Source: Macrostomum lignano
Taxonomy: Eukaryota
Direction: 5' to 3'
Assembly (NCBI GenBank): GCA_002269645.1
Contig: NIVC01000763.1
Span: forward strand, 310,001-374,000
Length of the DNA stretch: 64,000 nucleotides
A model generated the notes under the pieces. The model searched no databases and was not told the origin of the DNA. It saw only the letters and a program-made list of their open reading frames with translations. Positions 58,945-64,000 of this stretch are shown here, in pieces. The first letter of the stretch is position 1; every line of letters begins with the position of its first letter. Made by a program: the position numbers and the translations under genes.

Positions 58945-59709
58945 TACTGTATACTTGCCTATCAAATAATTGTTTTAACCTGTTTATATATGTACTAAAT
59001 ATTGAAACATGCTTATTTGATAACTGGTATTCCAGTTATTTGTATAGTTAAATTTGTATAGTTGTAATTATGTATAGTATAGTTTAAAAAATAGACATGT
59101 ATTCTGTTTGTTTGCCATTCAAAATGATGCAAATGTCTTAAAACTGTTATTCACTTGTACATGTAGTTGGTACTTTAGGCTCTAGGCATAGAAAAGCGCA
59201 GCTTGTTATGAAAATGGTACTCATTCTATTGTATTCTTTGATAAATTCTATGTTGGAAATCCATGGCCAGATTGTAGCTTTTAACATTGCCCATTTGAAA
59301 AAAAGTGAAACAAAGAAAAAAACCAATTTTTGGTGGAATTTAAAACTTAAAAAAAGAAAATTAGACCTATAGCGTTTTTTATATACAGAATGCAGTTAAA
59401 ATCACAGTTTTATGTAAAAATGTACTGTTTCTTAGAAAAATTAAAAATACAAAACAATGTTATTTTTATAACAGTCAGTCACAAAATTCTCTCAAAAATT
59501 GTGAAACTTTATTCCAATGTAACTTTTGTCAAATCTATCCAATCAATCTATATGTAGTCTTATTTTAAAGCATTTTTATTGCTCTATTAGAATGTATTCA
59601 CTTATTATTTGTATTTTATGTTATATAACTTTTTTTGCATTTATAAGTAGCACTATTTTGGTCATATTTTGCATTTTTGAATTTGTGCCATGATCTCACT
59701 GGAGTCCCT

Positions 59710-60350
59710 ATAGAGAGAAGAGAAGAAGGATGAAAAGGAAAGAATATAGAAAAGAAAAGAGAAAAGAAGAGTAGAAAATAAAGCAAGTCAAAAAATGGAG
59801 TAAAGCAGAGTACAAAGGATAGAGATGAGATAATAAATAAGAGAGTAAAGATGACAGAAGTGAGAAAAGAGCTGAAACAAGAATAAACAGACAAGATATG
59901 AGAGGAAAGAGGAGAAAAAAGACAAGAGAGCAGAGAAGAAAGATAAAAAAGTAAAGTTAAGAAAACATGAGAAAAAAAAGAAGAAACAAAAGGAAAGAAT
60001 AGAAAGAAAAGAAGACAAAGAGAGAAGAGAGGAAAAAGAGAAAAAAAGAGAGGAGCAAGATAGAAAAGAGAAGAGAAAAAGATAGAAAAGAGAAAAGAGT
60101 AAATATGAGAGAGACAAGAGAAAAGAGTAAATATGAGAGAGACAAGAGAAAAGAGTAAATATGAGAGATACAAGAATAAAGAGCAAAGGGCAAAGATAAA
60201 AGAAAAGAGATGAGATAAAAAAAGAAGAAGGATAAGAAAGAAGAGAGAATGTGAGATAATAGATCAAATAAAAAAAGGAGAGAAGAAAGAGAAGCAAGAA
60301 AAGAAGTTTCAAGGAACCCATTAGATAGACTTAGAGAGAAAGAGAGAAGC
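59710..60350. repeat. A/G-rich low-complexity tract
   Basis: Degenerate AAGAG-type sequence. Confidence 0.85.
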
Positions 60351-61472
60351 AGAGGCCAGAGTTTGCCAACACATGCTTTAGACAGACATTTACATAGAAT
60401 ATACATTCTATGTGACACCCTAGCTAACAAAACAATGCTTGGCTCAAATCTTGAATCAATACAAATTAATTCTATTTTTAGCCTCTATACATGTATTAAC
60501 TATTGATAAAGTTTTTATATGAGTATAACTTCAGATTTTTAAAATGTATATGCATATATGCAAAAGTAGTTCCGGGGATTATAATTCAGTGGGTTAAAAA
60601 TCCTAAGGGTTTCAACAGCTTGCCTATTGATATAATTGATCAAATGCAACCAAAATAGCCTAAATCTTTGTAAAAATACTTACACCCTTTAGTATAAAAG
60701 AAGTGCAATTAAATTTTTTGCAATTTTTTATGTCAACCTAGCCAATGTTTTTTACTTTTATCTTGTAATAGACATGTTGATAAAAATAAATAAGTATTCT
60801 ATAATGGCTTTACATTTTATAATGACCATTCATATTAGAGCTTACTATTTTTGTTCAATTTAAAAAATACAAAGGCCCTTTAATTTTTTTCTCAATTAAG
60901 AAGCCTTTTCTATAAAAAATCAATGCTATAGATTGGTTTCCATGGCACCTGAAGTTAAAATGGCTAAGTGATTGTTAAAGTGATAGCAAAATAGGCTTCA
61001 GATAGGTTTATTATTATATACAAGCTATACAATGTGATAACATTAAATATGTGTATATATATATATATATGTATGGTAAAATCCATATATATGCTTGTAT
61101 CAAGTGTCTAATAGATCCTACAATAAAATAATGTTGTATAAATATATTTTATTATTCAAAAACATTCTATCTTATATAGTATTAAATTACAGTATTTTTG
61201 CACAATGTTTAAATTAAATTTTCATGTTTTAACTTAATTTTTATATTAAGTTCAACTTTAAATGATGATTAGCAAGGGCCATTTGAAAGTCAACATTTTA
61301 TAATGCTGGCTAGTATGTTAATAAATATTGCTGTTACAGACAATAATCTGATATTCATTCTCTGTAATATATTTATTATAGAATCAATAGTATGCAATTA
61401 AAAAAGGCTCATTCTAGTTTATCAATATTATCTACTTTGCAGCCTAGAAACAGCAAAATTAACTGAAATAAA

Positions 61473-62540
61473 ATGTTGATACCAAAGAAGGACCGAGTGG
61501 CCATCTATGAGCGCCTGTTCTCTGATGGAGTCATGGTGGCCAAGAAGGATGTGCGACCAAATGTTACTCATCCTCAGGTACAGTTCTTGTTGAAATTTTT
61601 CTTTTGCAATTGTAGCACTGATCTGGGACTGATTTGAAAAGATGAGTGACTCAGCAATCCCCTTTGAGTCCTTCATTATCTGAGCAATTCCCTTTGAGTC
61701 CTTCATTATCTGAGCAATTCCCATTGAATCCCTCATTATCTGAGCAATTCCCATTGAGTCCTTCATTATCTGAGCAATTCCCATTGAGTCCTTCATTATC
61801 TGAGCAATTCCCATTGAGTCCTTCATTATCTGAGCAATTCCCATTGAGTCCTTCATTATCTGAGCAATTCCCATTGAGTCCTTCATTATCTGAGCAATTC
61901 CCATTGAATCCTTCATTATCTGAGCAATTCCCATTGAATCCCTCATTATCTGAGCAATTCCCATTGAATCCTTCATTATCTGAGCAATTCCCATTGAATC
62001 CCTCATTATCTGAGCAATTCCCATTGAATCCTTCATTATCTGAGCAATTCCCATTGAATCCTTCATTATCTGAGCAATTCCCATTGAATCCCTCATTATC
62101 TGAGCAATTCCCATTGAATCCCTCATTATCTGAGCAATTCCCATTGAATCCCTCATTATCTGAGCAATTCCCATTGAATCCCTCATTATCTGAGCAATTC
62201 CCATTGAATCCAGGTAAGCTCCGTCCGCAATCTGCACGTGATCAAAGCCCTGACCAGTCTGAAGTCGCGCGGATTCGTGCGCGAACAGTTTGCGTGGCGT
62301 CACTACTATTGGTTCCTCACTAACGAGGGCATCGAGCATCTGCGCAAAGAATTGCATTTGCCAACTGAATGCGTGCCAACTACTCTAAGTAGGCGCGGCG
62401 GCCCCGGTGGCCCCAGAGACGCCGGCGCTCCTGGTGAGGAGGATCAGCGCGGCGGCGGCGGCCGTTCTGGCGGCGGCGGCGGTCAGGCTGAACGATTCGC
62501 CTACAGAAAGACCGCCCCTGCCGCTGCACCCGCTCAGTAG
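61473..62540 (+). CDS. RPS10: 40S ribosomal protein S10 (eS10); exons 61473-61577 and 62214-62540
   Basis: [26 protein letters not shown]...[47 protein letters not shown]; GT61578..AG62213, phase 0. Confidence 0.93.
61665..62210. repeat. 30-bp minisatellite (CCATTGAATCCCTCATTATCTGAGCAATTC)n in the RPS10 intron
   Basis: Period 30; runs up to the acceptor AG. Confidence 0.97.
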
Positions 62541-62733
62541 CTCATAACTACTCGTAGCTAAGTAGTATCGAGTCTTCAGACTTTATAGTCCATTCGGTGT
62601 CATTTCAGCGGTTTCGAAAATATACACCTCAATTGAATGGCTGAATTAATCTGAGGCCACGGTTTGCGATTGCTTGGATCAAAGAAAAACTGTTAATTCA
62701 TGCTAATTCGTTATTGCCTTCGCTTCGTTTACT

Positions 62734-62785
62734 CAGATTGGAGTGTCATTCCCTCCAGATTGGAAAGAAATTCTCCCCAGATTGG
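62734..62785. promoter_or_regulatory. Three reverse CCAAT boxes (CAGATTGG) at exact 22-bp spacing upstream of the MFS gene
   Basis: Copies at 62734, 62756 and 62778; could equally be a degenerate short tandem repeat. Confidence 0.35.
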
Positions 62786-63310
62786 AGTGCCATTCCGTCC
62801 ATCAAATTGCCATCAGATTCGTCAGGCTGCAGTATCTGCATTACAGTTAGTTAATTCCGATATCCATCAGTTCCATATTCGTTGCTCTCTCATGAACCTT
62901 CTTTCTTTTTGTCTCTGCGTCCAAGCAGAGCGAAAGGCGCGGACTGACTGGTCAAAATTATTTACAATATATTAGCTACCGTAGCTAAGCATAGCAGATA
63001 GAAAACTGCGCATAAACACACGCCGATGGCCTGGTGCAGTGTACATCCAGCTGGAATAGAATGTGCATCTGCCTCTAGCCATCTCGCTCTTCACAGCATA
63101 CTGTATAGTTGATATAGGCACTTCGCGTTCTGCACAGAATCTATGCTGTGCCAGCTGCTATTTACTCGGCCTATTATTCCTGCTCTACCCTCCCTATTTG
63201 AGTAATAATGATAGTCATAGAGCTACTTATAAAGCCAGCTCTGGCAGAACAATGAGCTGCATTAGCTAGAGATGTAGTTTTGAGCAACTGGACAGCTCAA
63301 AACTCTGCCA

Positions 63311-63936
63311 ATGCCAGCTCGGTGCTCACAGATATTCGGTCCGGCCGCGAGCCTGGCCCTGCTAGTGCTGATGAAGCTGGCTAACCAATTTGCCACTTTC
63401 AACTACCGGTTATTCAATTTCAACACCTACGAGCTGGTCAATGGTTCTTCCTCGGTAATAAATCAATCTGATCAGTGGCAATCTGCCAGTGTGGAATGCC
63501 GGCTCAAGTCTCCTGATGGTGTTCAACAAGCGTCCGCAGATCAGGTGCAAACGAACTTTATGAGATGGGCCTACACTCTCGCAGCCGTCGGAGGCCTGCT
63601 GTCCAGTGCGACGAGAAATCGTCGGTTGGTTCTGACTCTGGCTGGCTGCGCAATGACCCTGTCAGCGATTGGCGTCTGCATCGTGAGAGCCTTCGGTCTG
63701 GCCTGCAGTTGGGCTGCCTACGTTCTTGCCTGGCTGCCTCATCCCGTCTATATGATCCTGGTCTTGGCGCCTCTGCTCGCAGCCTTTGGCGACTGTCGTT
63801 GCCAGTCGTTTGGACCCGACGGCGGACGAACAGTTGCCCTAGTGTTGTACTATGCTGCAGCATCCAGCACCATCTGGTTCAATATGGGCGTTTGGAAACT
63901 GGCCGACGTTTACATGTACGCTGACTTTAATGCCCG
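63311..63936 (+). CDS. First coding exon of an MFS transporter, SLC46 (folate/heme carrier)-like; gene continues beyond the window
   Basis: TM1, a glycosylated Cys-containing loop (NGS, NQS, C), VQQASA, GLLSS, NRRLVLTL and further TM helices in SLC46-like order. Donor CG/GTGACA at 63937 followed by an intronic repeat. Confidence 0.5.
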
Positions 63937-63937
63937 G

Positions 63938-64000
63938 TGACACCGGATTGTGTGACTGCAGCCTGTGTGACACTGGATTGTGTGACTGCAGCCTGTGTGA
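63938..64000. repeat. 30-bp minisatellite starting at the MFS donor site
   Basis: TGTGACTGCA at 63951 and 63981. Confidence 0.8.

Noticed and set aside
61428-62357. ([10 protein letters not shown])n and ([10 protein letters not shown])n ORFs
   Set aside because: Translations of the 30-bp RPS10 intron array.

Overview
Metazoan (eukaryotic) genomic DNA with GC/CpG-rich spliced exons, many introns filled with minisatellites, and AT-rich CpG-poor blocks of decayed transposons. This style suggests a free-living flatworm such as Macrostomum, which is an inference I could not verify. Six genes were reconstructed by hand from splice sites and protein motifs: Frizzled (+, 3 exons), a PIDD1-like LRR-ZU5-ZU5-UPA-death-domain gene (-, 4 exons, with a frame break), an SLC13 Na+/carboxylate-sulfate cotransporter (-, 9 exons), POLDIP2 (-, 3 exons), RPS10 (+, 2 exons) and exon 1 of an SLC46-like MFS transporter (+). 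Mobile DNA comprises a nearly complete but inactivated Gypsy element whose integrase tail is fused in frame to a Merlin transposase end, older Gypsy, mariner and possible non-LTR relics, two CORE-SINE copies and several MITEs. Best leads: the PIDD-like gene lacks HFS autoprocessing motifs; SLC13-POLDIP2-SLC46 linkage echoes human 17q11.2; the Gypsy pol carries a long linker with a PP1-type KKVRFS motif; intron minisatellites mimic 3' splice sites; and splice acceptors sit just upstream of most start codons, as in SL trans-splicing. All coordinates were read by eye; repeat boundaries are approximate.
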